DNA of 64,000 nucleotides from an uncultured Candidatus Saccharibacteria bacterium (GCA_965225085.1 CBDDBE010000003.1:1023-65022), one strand, 5' to 3'. Positions 1-9,534 are shown, numbered from the stretch's first letter. Numbers and translations: made by a program. Notes: generated by a model from the letters alone, not told the origin.

Positions 1-584
1 ATGATGCACAGCGTGCTTATCACGAATATATACAGCAGGAAAGTGACCGTCGGCACGCCATCGGATATGAGGTGTTTTGCCATTAGGGAAAGGAACGCCC
101 AGCACAGGAATGACCCGAAGGCGAGCGGAATCCAGGCGGTGCTTTTGGCTTTGTGCGTGCTGTGTGGGTTGATCATGATAGTTGCCGATGACGCAACGAT
201 GAGCCCAATAGCCAGCAGTGCGCGCACGCTGAGATGTGCGCCAAAAAGCGGCACCGCGAGCAGTGAGGTCAGCACGACGTAGCTTTTGGAGAGTACCAGG
301 CTGTAACCAGCATTTGGCGCTAGCTCGATGCTGCGCGTTGACATCGCGTTGCCGTAGTACGATAGCACGATGGCAGTGCCCAGTATCTGTACAAACTGCC
401 AAAGTGTCAGCGATAACGGGGCGTGTGTTGCCGCGGTGGCTACTGCAAAGACCAGGGTCGGGATGGCAAACATCGCTAAATTGTTGAATTGATTCGGCAA
501 CTTGGCCAGTGCGGCGCGGCGCACAACCAAATATAGTCCGACGGAGCAGGCAAACATTATAAGATCGGCAACGAGCCAGTTCAT
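1..584 (-). CDS. DMT/EamA-like polytopic membrane protein, partial (3' end beyond window edge)
   Basis: Not in the supplied track (no stop inside window). My translation from ATG 584..582 reads MNWLVADLIMFACSVGLYLVVRRAALAKLP...LAIGLIVASSATIMI...WIPLAFGSFLCWAFLSLMAKH. It stays open to nt 1 and has several hydrophobic helices. The overlapping + ORFs look random. Confidence 0.5.
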   Translation of the reverse strand, partial: MNWLVADLIMFACSVGLYLVVRRAALAKLPNQFNNLAMFAIPTLVFAVATAATHAPLSLTLWQFVQILGTAIVLSYYGNAMSTRSIELAPNAGYSLVLSKSYVVLTSLLAVPLFGAHLSVRALLAIGLIVASSATIMINPHSTHKAKSTAWIPLAFGSFLCWAFLSLMAKHLISDGVPTVTFLLYIFVISTLCI

Positions 585-675
585 GTGGGGATTATACACG
601 AAGCGTATAAGTGATGATAGGAGGGCGGTCAAAAGTGATGGTGCCCGGCCAACATGGGTCGGCCGGGCTGGTGGT

Positions 676-1026
676 TCAGTCGAATATTTTTCCACAGAGT
701 TCAAGCGCAGCTTTGAAAGAGGCGGTGTCCTGACGTGTAGACGTGACGTCGCCTTCAAAGAGTTGTCGGGCAATGGCCATAAATCTTTGCCAGTCGGCCC
801 GGGAGGCGGCGCCGTATTCTGCGACAAGCTTGTAGTATTGTGCGTCGGTGCGATCGACGCGACCCACGACGAATACTACAGTGCCGACGGTCGCCCCGGA
901 AAATCCTCGCACTCTTTTCTGAAGCGCGTCGATGCCGGCTTGGTCGAGGGGCATGTTCGACATGAAGATGCCGACTGCCTCCTGCCCGTTTTTGCCGAGA
1001 ACCCCGATGATTTTACGGTTTTTCAT
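676..1026 (-). CDS. hypothetical protein (116 aa)
   Basis: ORF 676..1071 trimmed to the internal ATG (MKNRKIIGVLGKNG...), which is preceded by GAGAGGA. Composition looks globular; no motif recognised. The competing + ORF 502..1116 looks random. Confidence 0.5.
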   Translation of the reverse strand: MKNRKIIGVLGKNGQEAVGIFMSNMPLDQAGIDALQKRVRGFSGATVGTVVFVVGRVDRTDAQYYKLVAEYGAASRADWQRFMAIARQLFEGDVTSTRQDTASFKAALELCGKIFD

Positions 1027-1163
1027 GCCATGTCCTCTCGATCGGATCTGAACCGTAGGATAGTATCTCATCTAATATACGTATTCGCAAATGCCAATAG
1101 ATCCACAGCATTATAAAACCACAACATACCAGTGGCTCGGGGTACGCTATACTAAAATCTGCA

Positions 1164-2690
1164 ATGGAACAGAGTTTGGCGCTGGAAGTTATGATGAGTG
1201 GTGCGAGCGTGATGCTAACCGGGCCAGCTGGTTCGGGTAAGACGTTTGTGCTGAATGAATTTATTCGACATGCCAAGAGCGAGGGCAAGCATGTATCGGT
1301 CACGGCCACAACGGGTCTGGCCGCTACGCACCTTAGCGGTAGCACAATTCACGCCTGGAGTGGCATGGGCATTCACGATGAGCTGCCGCCAAAGTTCTTT
1401 GACCACCTCAGCAAGGCGCGGCGAGAGACGATCGAGAAAACTGACGTGCTGATAATCGACGAGGTGTCGATGCTCCATGATTATCGTCTGGACATGTTGG
1501 ACGAAATAACGCGTAAAGTGCGTGGTAGTGATGCGCCATTTGGCGGTCTGCAGGTGATACTGTGTGGGGATTTCTTCCAGCTGCCGCCGGTGAACCGGGG
1601 TGATGGCAGGCAAGGTGGATTTGTGGTGAACTCGGCGGCGTGGCAGGCGTTAGATCCGAGCGTTTGTTACCTGAATGAACAGCACCGTCAGGATGATGAC
1701 GCGTTTTTGGAAATCCTGAATGCACTGCGGGCCGGTGATATCCGTCGTCATCACGCCGAGCAGCTGCTGGGTCGCGTGGCGGCAGAACTTCCGGGCAATA
1801 ACGCCGTGACAGAGCTGTATGTGACGAACATGAACGTCGATAGTATCAACCAAAGCAGACTGGCCGGGATCGATGGCGATGAGCACGTGTATCAGATGGA
1901 AACAACTGGCAGTCAGAACTATGTCGACACATTGAAGCGATCGTGCCTGGCGCTGGAGACACTCACGCTGAAGCTGGGCGCGCTGGTGATGTGCATACGC
2001 AATAGTGCCGACCGGAGGTTTGTGAACGGAAGTTTGGGTATCGTGATCGGCTTTGAGCCGCTGCTGGGTTATCCGATTGTGAAGTTGCGTTCGGGCAAAG
2101 AGCTGACGATTGGGCTCGAGACGTGGGAACTACGTGATGGGGACAAGAAACGCGCGTCGATCACCCAGATTCCGCTGCGGTTGGCCTGGGCTATTACGGT
2201 GCATAAAAGCCAGGGCATGACGCTAGACGCCGCACGGATTGACCTGCGCAAAGCATTTGTAGAAGGCATGGGATATGTGGCGCTTAGCCGTGTGAAGAGC
2301 CTGGATTCGCTTAGCCTGCTCGGCATCAACAACATGGCGCTGAAGGTGAGCCGTGACGCGCTGGAGATTGACGAGCTGCTGCGTGCGCGGGCCAAGCAAG
2401 ACGCGGTGACGTTCGCGCCTTTGGCCGAGAAGGCTAAAACGCGCCAGAGCAATCCCGAGCCCGATAAAAAGAAAAAGCCCAATTCCAACTGGTCCGAGAA
2501 AGTCGCCAAAATGCGCGAGACACACCCCAACGCCTTCAAGCCGTGGGCCGAAGCAGATGACGACCGATTGAAACAATTATTTACTGATGGCAAAGGTTTG
2601 GCCGAACTATCGCAGGAATTTGGCCGTCATCCTGGTTCGATTCATGCCAGATTGAAGAAACATTATGGTGAAGAGGTCGAGGTGAAGTAA
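1164..2690 (+). CDS. Pif1/RecD-like (SF1B) AAA ATPase DNA helicase with Lys-rich linker and HTH-like C-terminal tail
   Basis: Walker A GPAGSGKTF, Walker B LIIDEVSM, CGDFFQLPPV, and C-terminal ITVHKSQGMTLD. Tail reads PEPDKKKKPNSNW...LAELSQEFGRHPGSIHARLKKH. Confidence 0.85.
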   Translation: MEQSLALEVMMSGASVMLTGPAGSGKTFVLNEFIRHAKSEGKHVSVTATTGLAATHLSGSTIHAWSGMGIHDELPPKFFDHLSKARRETIEKTDVLIIDEVSMLHDYRLDMLDEITRKVRGSDAPFGGLQVILCGDFFQLPPVNRGDGRQGGFVVNSAAWQALDPSVCYLNEQHRQDDDAFLEILNALRAGDIRRHHAEQLLGRVAAELPGNNAVTELYVTNMNVDSINQSRLAGIDGDEHVYQMETTGSQNYVDTLKRSCLALETLTLKLGALVMCIRNSADRRFVNGSLGIVIGFEPLLGYPIVKLRSGKELTIGLETWELRDGDKKRASITQIPLRLAWAITVHKSQGMTLDAARIDLRKAFVEGMGYVALSRVKSLDSLSLLGINNMALKVSRDALEIDELLRARAKQDAVTFAPLAEKAKTRQSNPEPDKKKKPNSNWSEKVAKMRETHPNAFKPWAEADDDRLKQLFTDGKGLAELSQEFGRHPGSIHARLKKHYGEEVEVK

Positions 2691-2733
2691 TGATATTCGC
2701 CCGATCCACATGGCGTGTGGACCGGGCGTTCGG

Positions 2734-3012
2734 CTAGATATCCAGGTACCGGTTCTGGAAATACGCTTCGAGCCAATTCTGCAGGTCACTCAGATCCAGG
2801 TGCCCTATCTGCTGTAGCGTGCGCGCCCCGAGTCGGAAGGCCACCTTATTGCGTCGTGACTGGCTTGCCTTGTCGAGGGCTCCTTGGGCGATCAACCCGT
2901 CGATGACCTGCCGAAGGTCTTCGAGGTATTCAGGTGGGTTCGTGAAGGCCGTGAAGACCCCATCACTCGGTGGATTGACGTGGACATTGAAGCGAAGCTC
3001 TTTGCCGGCCAT
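2734..3012 (-). CDS. hypothetical protein (92 aa)
   Basis: ATG preceded by GAAAGGAG; no motif recognised; divergent from the Nudix gene. Confidence 0.55.
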   Translation of the reverse strand: MAGKELRFNVHVNPPSDGVFTAFTNPPEYLEDLRQVIDGLIAQGALDKASQSRRNKVAFRLGARTLQQIGHLDLSDLQNWLEAYFQNRYLDI

Positions 3013-3085
3013 TGGCCAGCTCCTTTCGTGGGTGCGAATGGCGACATCTATATGCTACACTAAAATAAAGCTAATAAAAACAAAC

Positions 3086-3649
3086 ATGACGGACCATCAA
3101 ATAGTAGATATTTTGGACGACGACGGTAGCCCGACCGGTCGTACTACATCCCTGACAGGCGCGCACAAGGCGGGCGAGTGGCATGCGGCTGTGCACATTG
3201 GGCTTTATACAGCAGATCGACGCGTGCTGTTGCAACAGCGCAGCAAAGCTATTATGTTTTATCCCGGTATGTGGGACTTGGGCGTGGCCGGTGCGGTGGC
3301 GGCTGGCGAAAATATTTACGACGCAGCCCTGCGCGAGGTGCACGAAGAGCTCGGTACGCTCGCTCGTCATCTGGAGCCAGTGACGCGCTGGAAATACAAC
3401 CATCATGTGCCCAGCCACGGCATGCATGTCAAAGTATTTCTGTATGCCTTTATCGCCGAGATTGATCCAACGTATCTGCGCCTGCAAGAGGAAGAGGTTC
3501 AGGCCGTGCGCTTACTGCCGGTCCACAGTGCGCATGAGCTTCTTTTCAACCACAAGGGCCTGCCGCATATGCAGCTGCAACCGTACCAGGGGTATTACCG
3601 GCAAATCTTGAAAGCAATCGAAGAGCACTATCGTCATACGCAAACATGA
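3086..3649 (+). CDS. Nudix hydrolase
   Basis: ORF 2819..3649 trimmed to MTDHQIVDILDDDG. Nudix box GVAGAVAAGENIYDAALREVHEELG. Confidence 0.8.
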   Translation: MTDHQIVDILDDDGSPTGRTTSLTGAHKAGEWHAAVHIGLYTADRRVLLQQRSKAIMFYPGMWDLGVAGAVAAGENIYDAALREVHEELGTLARHLEPVTRWKYNHHVPSHGMHVKVFLYAFIAEIDPTYLRLQEEEVQAVRLLPVHSAHELLFNHKGLPHMQLQPYQGYYRQILKAIEEHYRHTQT

Positions 3650-3692
3650 GCAAGTGAGTTACAATACGAGTAGTAAAGATCACGGAGGTAAT

Positions 3693-4862
3693 ATGAAGTT
3701 AAAAATAGGTGCATTTGTAGCGCTCATGGCGCTGGCGGGAATTGTATTCGCGCCGCTCGCGGTCCATGCCAGCGCGATTCGCCATGGTGATCGAGTGTCG
3801 GTTGCTCAGGATGAATCGGTTGATTCGACAGTATTTTTGGCCGGCTCAACCGTTACGGTGGCTGGCGTGGTCCACGGTGATGTCTTTTGTGTAGGGCAAA
3901 ATGTAGACATTACCGGCATGGTCGAAGGTGATGTCTTTTGTGCTGGCCAGACCATGCACATTAGCGGCACCGTCCTTGGCAGTGTTCGAGTGGCTGCTCA
4001 GACGCTGACAATTACAGGGCCTATTGGCCACGGGCTGAGTGTGGCTGCTCAGAGTGCGAGTATCGGCGGTGGCGCCACGGTAGACCAAGATGCGACTATT
4101 TTCGGAAGCATGATTGATCTGGGCGGCAAAGTCGGCCGGGACGCGGTGATTGGCGGCCAAAACGTTACTATTTCTGGCCGAGTTGCCCGCGATGTGACGG
4201 CTCAGGTGCAGGATCTAACGTTGGCGAACGGAAGCCAAATCGGTGGAGCTCTTGACTACACTAGCAGCAACCAGGCAACAGTCGAGCACGGCGCTACGGT
4301 GGTGGGCGCTACGCAACGGCACGATCCACCGGCCCGCAATGAAAGGCAGAGCAATACGGGCACGGCTTCGTTCTGGAACGCAGCCTATTGGTTTGGGGCG
4401 ACGCTGATGTTTGGGCTCGCTTTGCTGCTGGTCGCGCCGCGTACATTTGTATCGACCAAGAAAGTCTTTGCCACAAAAGGCGGCTGGGCTCTTCTGGCTG
4501 GACTTGGTATGCTCATTCTAACGCCTATTGTCGCGGTGATCTTGATGATGACGGTGATCGGCCTGCCACTTGCTATTGCGTTGTTGCTGGCTTGGATCGT
4601 GGCGCTCATAGGCAGCTTTAGCTACAGCTCATATGCTGTTGGGTCATGGATTGCTGAGCGGGCAAAATGGCAGCTGAAGTGGCCGCGCCTATCGGCGTTG
4701 GCACTCGGGGTGTTAACTGTATCGGTCCTGATGCTCATACCTTTTGTCGGCGGACTGTTTGGCTTCGTGGCGTTGATAGGGGGACTAGGCGCAGTCGGTA
4801 TGGCCTTTGTGTCACACGCTAAGAGCTCGGGCACTACTACCCATAAGCACGCTAAAGCGTAA
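3693..4862 (+). CDS. bactofilin-like (polymer-forming, beta-helical repeat) domain fused to a C-terminal polytopic membrane domain
   Basis: GGAGGT SD lies before MKLKIGAFVALMALAGIVFAPLAVHASA (signal/anchor). Repeated units GDVFCVGQNVDITGMVEGDVFCAGQTMHISGTVLGSVRV.... Four or more hydrophobic helices at the C-terminus. Confidence 0.6.
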   Translation: MKLKIGAFVALMALAGIVFAPLAVHASAIRHGDRVSVAQDESVDSTVFLAGSTVTVAGVVHGDVFCVGQNVDITGMVEGDVFCAGQTMHISGTVLGSVRVAAQTLTITGPIGHGLSVAAQSASIGGGATVDQDATIFGSMIDLGGKVGRDAVIGGQNVTISGRVARDVTAQVQDLTLANGSQIGGALDYTSSNQATVEHGATVVGATQRHDPPARNERQSNTGTASFWNAAYWFGATLMFGLALLLVAPRTFVSTKKVFATKGGWALLAGLGMLILTPIVAVILMMTVIGLPLAIALLLAWIVALIGSFSYSSYAVGSWIAERAKWQLKWPRLSALALGVLTVSVLMLIPFVGGLFGFVALIGGLGAVGMAFVSHAKSSGTTTHKHAKA

Positions 4863-4880
4863 ACAACTCAAATAGACTTT

Positions 4881-4914
4881 TAAATTCACCCGCAGCTACG
4901 AGCGGGTGAATTTA
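4881..4914. terminator. bidirectional stem-loop between convergent genes
   Basis: TAAATTCACCCGC (4881-4893) / GCGGGTGAATTTA (4902-4914): perfect 13 bp stem with an 8-nt loop. Confidence 0.6.
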
Positions 4915-4935
4915 ATGACGCTGAAGCTTGGGTCA

Positions 4936-6600
4936 CTAGAAATGTTCGCGCACGTGGCCGAAGCTGTAACCCCAGTCAGCGTTGGCTTTTTTGTGAGGGT
5001 TGAAGATATGGTCTGGGTCCATGATGTCTTTAGCCTGGCGGAAATAGCCGAGGACGGTTGGGCCGTACATTTGCTCCAGCCAAGGGCCACGCACCAGGCC
5101 GTCGTTGTGCTCACCGCTTAAGCTACCTTTGTACTTGAGGATTAGCGTGTTGACTTCTTTCATCGCGGGTTCGAGCTTGGCGCGGTCGCTCGGGTCTTCG
5201 AGCCTCATGAGGGGGATGATGTGAAAATTGCCATCGCCCATATGCCCGGCGACTGTCGCAAAGAGTTTGTATTTGCGAATGATCTGCTGCAGTTGGGGTA
5301 GGAACTCCGTGAGGTGCGGCGGATTGACGACCAGGTCGTCGATGAACGGCGCGGTGTGTTTGTCTTTTACCTTTTCGCGCAGTAGTTTAAAACTTTGGCG
5401 GCGCATCAGCCAGAATTTTTCGCTGCGTCCCTCAGTCGGCGTTTCCTCGAAGCCATTGATCTCGTAGCGAGCACGGTGTTGGCCTAGTTCTCGATGGAGC
5501 GCACGGATTTTTGTACGCACTTCGTCTTCGGTGTCGCCGTTGAATTCAATCATCAGAATCAGCTTTGGGATACCGCGCAGTAGCAGAAGCCCATCGGGGA
5601 TGAGGTTGAGCAGTAGCATTATGAAACGCGCCGGGCCAAGCATCTTCAGGAACGACGGCATAAAGCGAATCGAGAGCCACAGCGTCTGGTCGTCGAAGCT
5701 TTCGAATGTCGCCGGCTTGCTTTCGAGCACCTTTGGGATGAGCTCACCCAGGTCATCCATACCACGAAGGAACAGGACGAGCAGCCCGGAATGCTTGCGG
5801 TGCGGCACTAGTTTGAAGGTAATGTCGGTGGTGAAACCCAAGGTTCCTTGTGCGCCAACGATCAGATTGCACAAATTGAATATGCCTGTTTCGCGGTCCC
5901 ATACATCCCACAGGTTGTAGCCGGTGGAGTTTTTGCTGACGTGAGGTTTGGCGGCTTTTATCTCGTCGTAGTGGGTGTCGACTAGCTGGAATATTTCGCG
6001 GTAGACCTTGCCCTCAAAGTCATTTTGGGTCATTTTCTTATCAAGGTCGGCTTTCTGGAGCGGTTTGACGATGCGCTCTATACCATCGGCAAACACAACT
6101 TTTAGCTCACTCACGAAATTTTCGGTTTTGCCAAACTCGAGTGACTTTTCGCCACCAGAGTTGTTGTTGACCATGCCGCCGATGGTACACAGGTCGCGGC
6201 TGGCTGGATAGCTGGGCATCAGCGCATCGTGTTTGAGCGTCTCGGCCTCGAAGTCACGGTAGAATACGCCGGGTTGAGCATGGCCGGTTGTGGCATCAAC
6301 ATTTTCGATGGCGGTAAAGTATTTGTTGAAGTCGACAATGATTGAGTCGTTTATAGCCCCACCGCTCATGTCTGTCCCGGCAGAGCGCGCCGTGAGCGAC
6401 AGGTCGGGATGTGTTTTCTTTTGTTCGGCTACGAGGCTGACCAGCTTTTGGACATCGGCGCTGTCCTTTGGCATGGCAACCAGGCGTGGTTTGATTTCGA
6501 ATAGTGAGGCGTCATGGCTATATAGCTCCAGCGTTTTGTCGCTGGTATCTACGTCACCGCTAAAGCCTTTCGATTTGAGGGCGTCAATAATGTCTTCCAT
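4936..6600 (-). CDS. FAD-binding oxidoreductase (GlcD / D-lactate dehydrogenase family)
   Basis: 554 aa. N-terminal FAD_binding_4-like region (ARSAGTDMSGGAINDSIIVDF, CTIGGMVNNNSGG) and a C-terminal FAD-oxidase domain (GSLSGEHNDG). Confidence 0.85.
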   Translation of the reverse strand: MEDIIDALKSKGFSGDVDTSDKTLELYSHDASLFEIKPRLVAMPKDSADVQKLVSLVAEQKKTHPDLSLTARSAGTDMSGGAINDSIIVDFNKYFTAIENVDATTGHAQPGVFYRDFEAETLKHDALMPSYPASRDLCTIGGMVNNNSGGEKSLEFGKTENFVSELKVVFADGIERIVKPLQKADLDKKMTQNDFEGKVYREIFQLVDTHYDEIKAAKPHVSKNSTGYNLWDVWDRETGIFNLCNLIVGAQGTLGFTTDITFKLVPHRKHSGLLVLFLRGMDDLGELIPKVLESKPATFESFDDQTLWLSIRFMPSFLKMLGPARFIMLLLNLIPDGLLLLRGIPKLILMIEFNGDTEDEVRTKIRALHRELGQHRARYEINGFEETPTEGRSEKFWLMRRQSFKLLREKVKDKHTAPFIDDLVVNPPHLTEFLPQLQQIIRKYKLFATVAGHMGDGNFHIIPLMRLEDPSDRAKLEPAMKEVNTLILKYKGSLSGEHNDGLVRGPWLEQMYGPTVLGYFRQAKDIMDPDHIFNPHKKANADWGYSFGHVREHF

Positions 6601-6702
6601 ATACTCCTAAGCGTAACCTTGATAGCGAGCAAAAAGCAAGTTTATTACGGATCTACCATTGTGATAAAATAAATATGTCCTACGGTCAATTTTCGAAGGG
6701 GA

Positions 6703-6930
6703 ATGAACATGAAGTTCATTATCGCAACGCAGTCGGACCCAGCGGCCGTTAAGCCGAGGAAGTACTATCTCGAAAAGAAGGGCCGCGAGCATTATACCTG
6801 GCACCTTGGCGAACCGGGTCGTAGACGAGCAGAGCGGTTCAGGACTCGTGCCGAAGCCCAGACGGTCATCGACGGCGGCTTTAGGGATTGTGCGGGTATG
6901 GTCGCTGAAGTCCTCGAGATCGAGTCGTAG
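6703..6930 (+). CDS. hypothetical small protein (75 aa)
   Basis: GAAGGGGA SD; followed directly by a strong intrinsic terminator; no motif recognised. Confidence 0.5.
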   Translation: MNMKFIIATQSDPAAVKPRKYYLEKKGREHYTWHLGEPGRRRAERFRTRAEAQTVIDGGFRDCAGMVAEVLEIES

Positions 6931-6936
6931 CACGCG

Positions 6937-6961
6937 GGGGCGGCATGATGCCGCCCCTTTT
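6937..6961 (+). terminator. intrinsic terminator
   Basis: GGGGCGGCA-tga-TGCCGCCCC followed by TTTT. Confidence 0.75.
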
Positions 6962-6986
6962 AATTTGTTTTACATAAGTTTTTGAG

Positions 6987-7021
6987 GTGACCTCAGCCCG
7001 ATACGCGCGGGCCGAGGTCAC
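6987..7021 (-). terminator. stem-loop immediately after the DUF475 gene stop
   Basis: 14-bp stem GTGACCTCAGCCCG/CGGGCCGAGGTCAC. The single A-C mismatch on + becomes a U-G wobble on the - strand RNA. There is no clear U-tract. Confidence 0.4.
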
Positions 7022-7023
7022 TA

Positions 7024-8136
7024 CTATTTGGCGTGGAGCGTTTCGCCCGTCGCTCCAATGGGCTGGGCAAAGCGCTTCTTAGCGAACAGGCTGTGCAGCC
7101 ACGCCAGGCCGATCAACGACGTGGTTATGCAGCCTATGACCAGGCTGGAGAGGTCGAACCACATCGCCCAGGGCAGCGTGCCGATAGCCCAGAACGTCCC
7201 ATGACCCAGGTATGGATATCTGAGGAACGCATTCGTTGCTACCAGATGCAGCGTCATCCCCCGGACAAAGAGCGCACCGATGCCCAGACCAAGCAGGAGT
7301 AGAATCAGCTTGATGCTACTCTGCACTCGGTCGATCATCGAGAGGCCGCCCATGACGCTGTCGACCGAGAAGGTCGCGTCCTGTACCTCGAGATAACAGA
7401 ACATTGCGAAGGCCAGCAAGCCGTTGAGGCCGGGGTCGCTCGGTGTTCCTCGCTGCTTGGTTGGCCGGTCAGACGTGCGGTCTTGCCGCGCGTTGAGCCA
7501 TCTGGTCAGCAGGCTGAGCGCAGTGTACAGCACGATACTGACCAACCCGGCTCCGATCACGGTGCGATACTGCTGATGCCATTTCAAACACAGCCCGATG
7601 ATCGCACCGCACGCTACTGCAAGAACGGACAAGTGCGGATGCGCACCGCCCAGTCGCTCGAACCAGCGCTCGACTGGCCCAATCCAGTAGATGGTAAGGT
7701 CCTTGCCCTCGGCGTCGGTTTCGTGGTCCTTCGCGAACAGGAACGTTGCGAAGATTTGCAGCAGATACACGCTACCAAAGACCATGACCGGCAAGTGGGC
7801 ATTTAGCAGCTGTTGGGTAAAGGCGTCGGGATGTTTGACGATGCTGGTCAGCGCGCTGCCTATGCTCTCGTGGTTGCCGATAGCAACAATCACGATCGGC
7901 ACGGCGCCCCTCACCCCAAAGACCGCTACCGCAATGCCCCACAACATGAAGCGCTTCTGCCACTTCTTGTTGAGTTTTGCGACGTAGGTGGCATTAACGC
8001 TGGCGTTGTCGAACGAAAGCGCCACCTCTAGTACTGCTAGCATAGCAACGACCATCGCGCTATGCGGCATGGCATAGGCCAAGTAGCCCAGGACGCAGAT
8101 CGCGGCAATACTGGGCCATCCGTAGTATCGCCACAT
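7024..8136 (-). CDS. DUF475 (TerC-related) integral membrane protein
   Basis: ORF 7024..8544 trimmed to MWRYYGWPSIAA. Shows LEVALSFDNASVNA and the WQKRFMLWGIAVAVFGVRGAVPIVIVA motif. Paralog of 24177..25211. Confidence 0.75.
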   Translation of the reverse strand: MWRYYGWPSIAAICVLGYLAYAMPHSAMVVAMLAVLEVALSFDNASVNATYVAKLNKKWQKRFMLWGIAVAVFGVRGAVPIVIVAIGNHESIGSALTSIVKHPDAFTQQLLNAHLPVMVFGSVYLLQIFATFLFAKDHETDAEGKDLTIYWIGPVERWFERLGGAHPHLSVLAVACGAIIGLCLKWHQQYRTVIGAGLVSIVLYTALSLLTRWLNARQDRTSDRPTKQRGTPSDPGLNGLLAFAMFCYLEVQDATFSVDSVMGGLSMIDRVQSSIKLILLLLGLGIGALFVRGMTLHLVATNAFLRYPYLGHGTFWAIGTLPWAMWFDLSSLVIGCITTSLIGLAWLHSLFAKKRFAQPIGATGETLHAK

Positions 8137-8325
8137 GGCGTTCACCCCTTTCGGATGTGATGTAAAAGAACGATCGTCGAGTCGGTTGACACGACGGAGC
8201 ATGGCAAATCCATGCAGGCTGTTATGATAACACCGTGCGGTCACCTTCGCAATTATCTGTACATAGCGACGTACTGTTCTGCCGCGTAGCTCGTGTATAA
8301 TAACTGCAAAAGGGTATATACAATT

Positions 8326-9534
8326 ATGGCAGACGGCGTACAGAAGAAGAGAGTTCTGATTTTGGGTGGAGGCTTCGGCGGTATCAAGACAGCCCTGGGG
8401 CTGAATGACGAAAGCGCGTATGATGTCACGCTGCTGTCGGACAAAACTGACTTCAAATATTATCCGGCTCTGTACCGCTCGGCGACTGGCATGAGTAGGA
8501 CGGCATCTATTATCCCGCTCGATCAGATCTTTCACGGCAAACACATTACGCTACTGCACGAGCATGCACTCAAACTAGATCGTGCGGCCAGCGTCGTCAC
8601 AACTGTATCGGGCAAAAGTATCCCTTATGACATCTTGGTCGTGGCGCTTGGCTCGGTCACGAATTATTTCGGCATCAATGGCCTGGCCGAATACAGTTAC
8701 GGTATCAAGACGATCGAAGAGGCTGAGACGCTCAAGAAACACCTGCACGAACTAATGCTCAACGAACACAAGCCCGACCTGAATTATGTCGTCGTCGGTG
8801 GTGGCCCGACGGGCATTGAACTGGTGGGGGCGTTGCCGCACTACCTGAAGTGGATTATGAAGCACCATGGTATCAAGAACCGACGCATCAACATCGAGCT
8901 GGTCGAAGCTTCGCCCAGGTTGCTTCCACGCATGCCCAAGGATTTGTCGGCTGCTGTGGAACGGCACCTGCGCAAAATGGGGGTCAAGCTGCATTTGGCG
9001 CAAAAGGTCGAGGCCGAAACTGCCGACGCGCTTATCATCAATGGCCGGCCGATCAAAAGCCATACCGTCATTTGGACCGCAGGCATGTCCAGCAACGTGT
9101 TTATTAGCGAGAATGGCTTTACGCTGGATCACGGCAAGGTAGTGGTGGATGAATTTCTGCGCGCCAAGAATGAGCAGGCCGAGAATATCTATGTGATTGG
9201 GGACAACGCCTTAACCGAATATAGCGGCATGGCCCAGACAGCCCTGCACGACGCCGCCTTCTTGGCTCGGAACTTAAGACGCCTCGCGAACGATGACGTG
9301 CCGCTGGCATACAAGCCTAAACGTCCCATATACGTGTACCCGGCCGGGGAGCGCTGGTCGGCTGTGTTATGGGGTCCAGTTCGGATCTACGGCTGGTTGG
9401 GCTGGGCGCTTCGCGAAGCAGCAGACTGGGTGGGCTACCACGACGTCGAACCCTGGTGGAAGGCGTCTGAGCTATTTATGGCCGAAGCCGAGACGGACGA
9501 GATGTGCCCAGTATGTGGAGCCAAAGAAGACTAA
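8326..9534 (+). CDS. ndh: type II NADH dehydrogenase-like FAD/NAD(P) oxidoreductase
   Basis: ORF trimmed to MADGVQKKRVLILGGGFGGI. Second dinucleotide fold VVVGGGPTGIELVG; also GDNA. Confidence 0.85.
   Translation: MADGVQKKRVLILGGGFGGIKTALGLNDESAYDVTLLSDKTDFKYYPALYRSATGMSRTASIIPLDQIFHGKHITLLHEHALKLDRAASVVTTVSGKSIPYDILVVALGSVTNYFGINGLAEYSYGIKTIEEAETLKKHLHELMLNEHKPDLNYVVVGGGPTGIELVGALPHYLKWIMKHHGIKNRRINIELVEASPRLLPRMPKDLSAAVERHLRKMGVKLHLAQKVEAETADALIINGRPIKSHTVIWTAGMSSNVFISENGFTLDHGKVVVDEFLRAKNEQAENIYVIGDNALTEYSGMAQTALHDAAFLARNLRRLANDDVPLAYKPKRPIYVYPAGERWSAVLWGPVRIYGWLGWALREAADWVGYHDVEPWWKASELFMAEAETDEMCPVCGAKED

Noticed and set aside
8137-8325. Possible yybP-ykoY (Mn) riboswitch in the 5' region of the TerC-related DUF475 gene.
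   Set aside because: I could not find the conserved GGGGAGUAG...UUGACA...AGACC blocks on the - strand. Only a promoter-like TGTATAAT for the divergent ndh gene is evident.
7024-8544. Long N-terminal extensions in the six-frame ORFs: 7024-8544, 25215-26384, 26095-26700, 2819-3649, 9293-9970, 18518-19126, 10632-13157, 38439-38846, 48400-49452, 52490-54703, 54746-55141 and 39774-40862.
   Set aside because: The extensions overlap neighbouring genes or intergenic hairpins and lack family similarity. An internal ATG with an SD coincides with the start of the conserved domain, so I trimmed the calls instead of reporting fusions.
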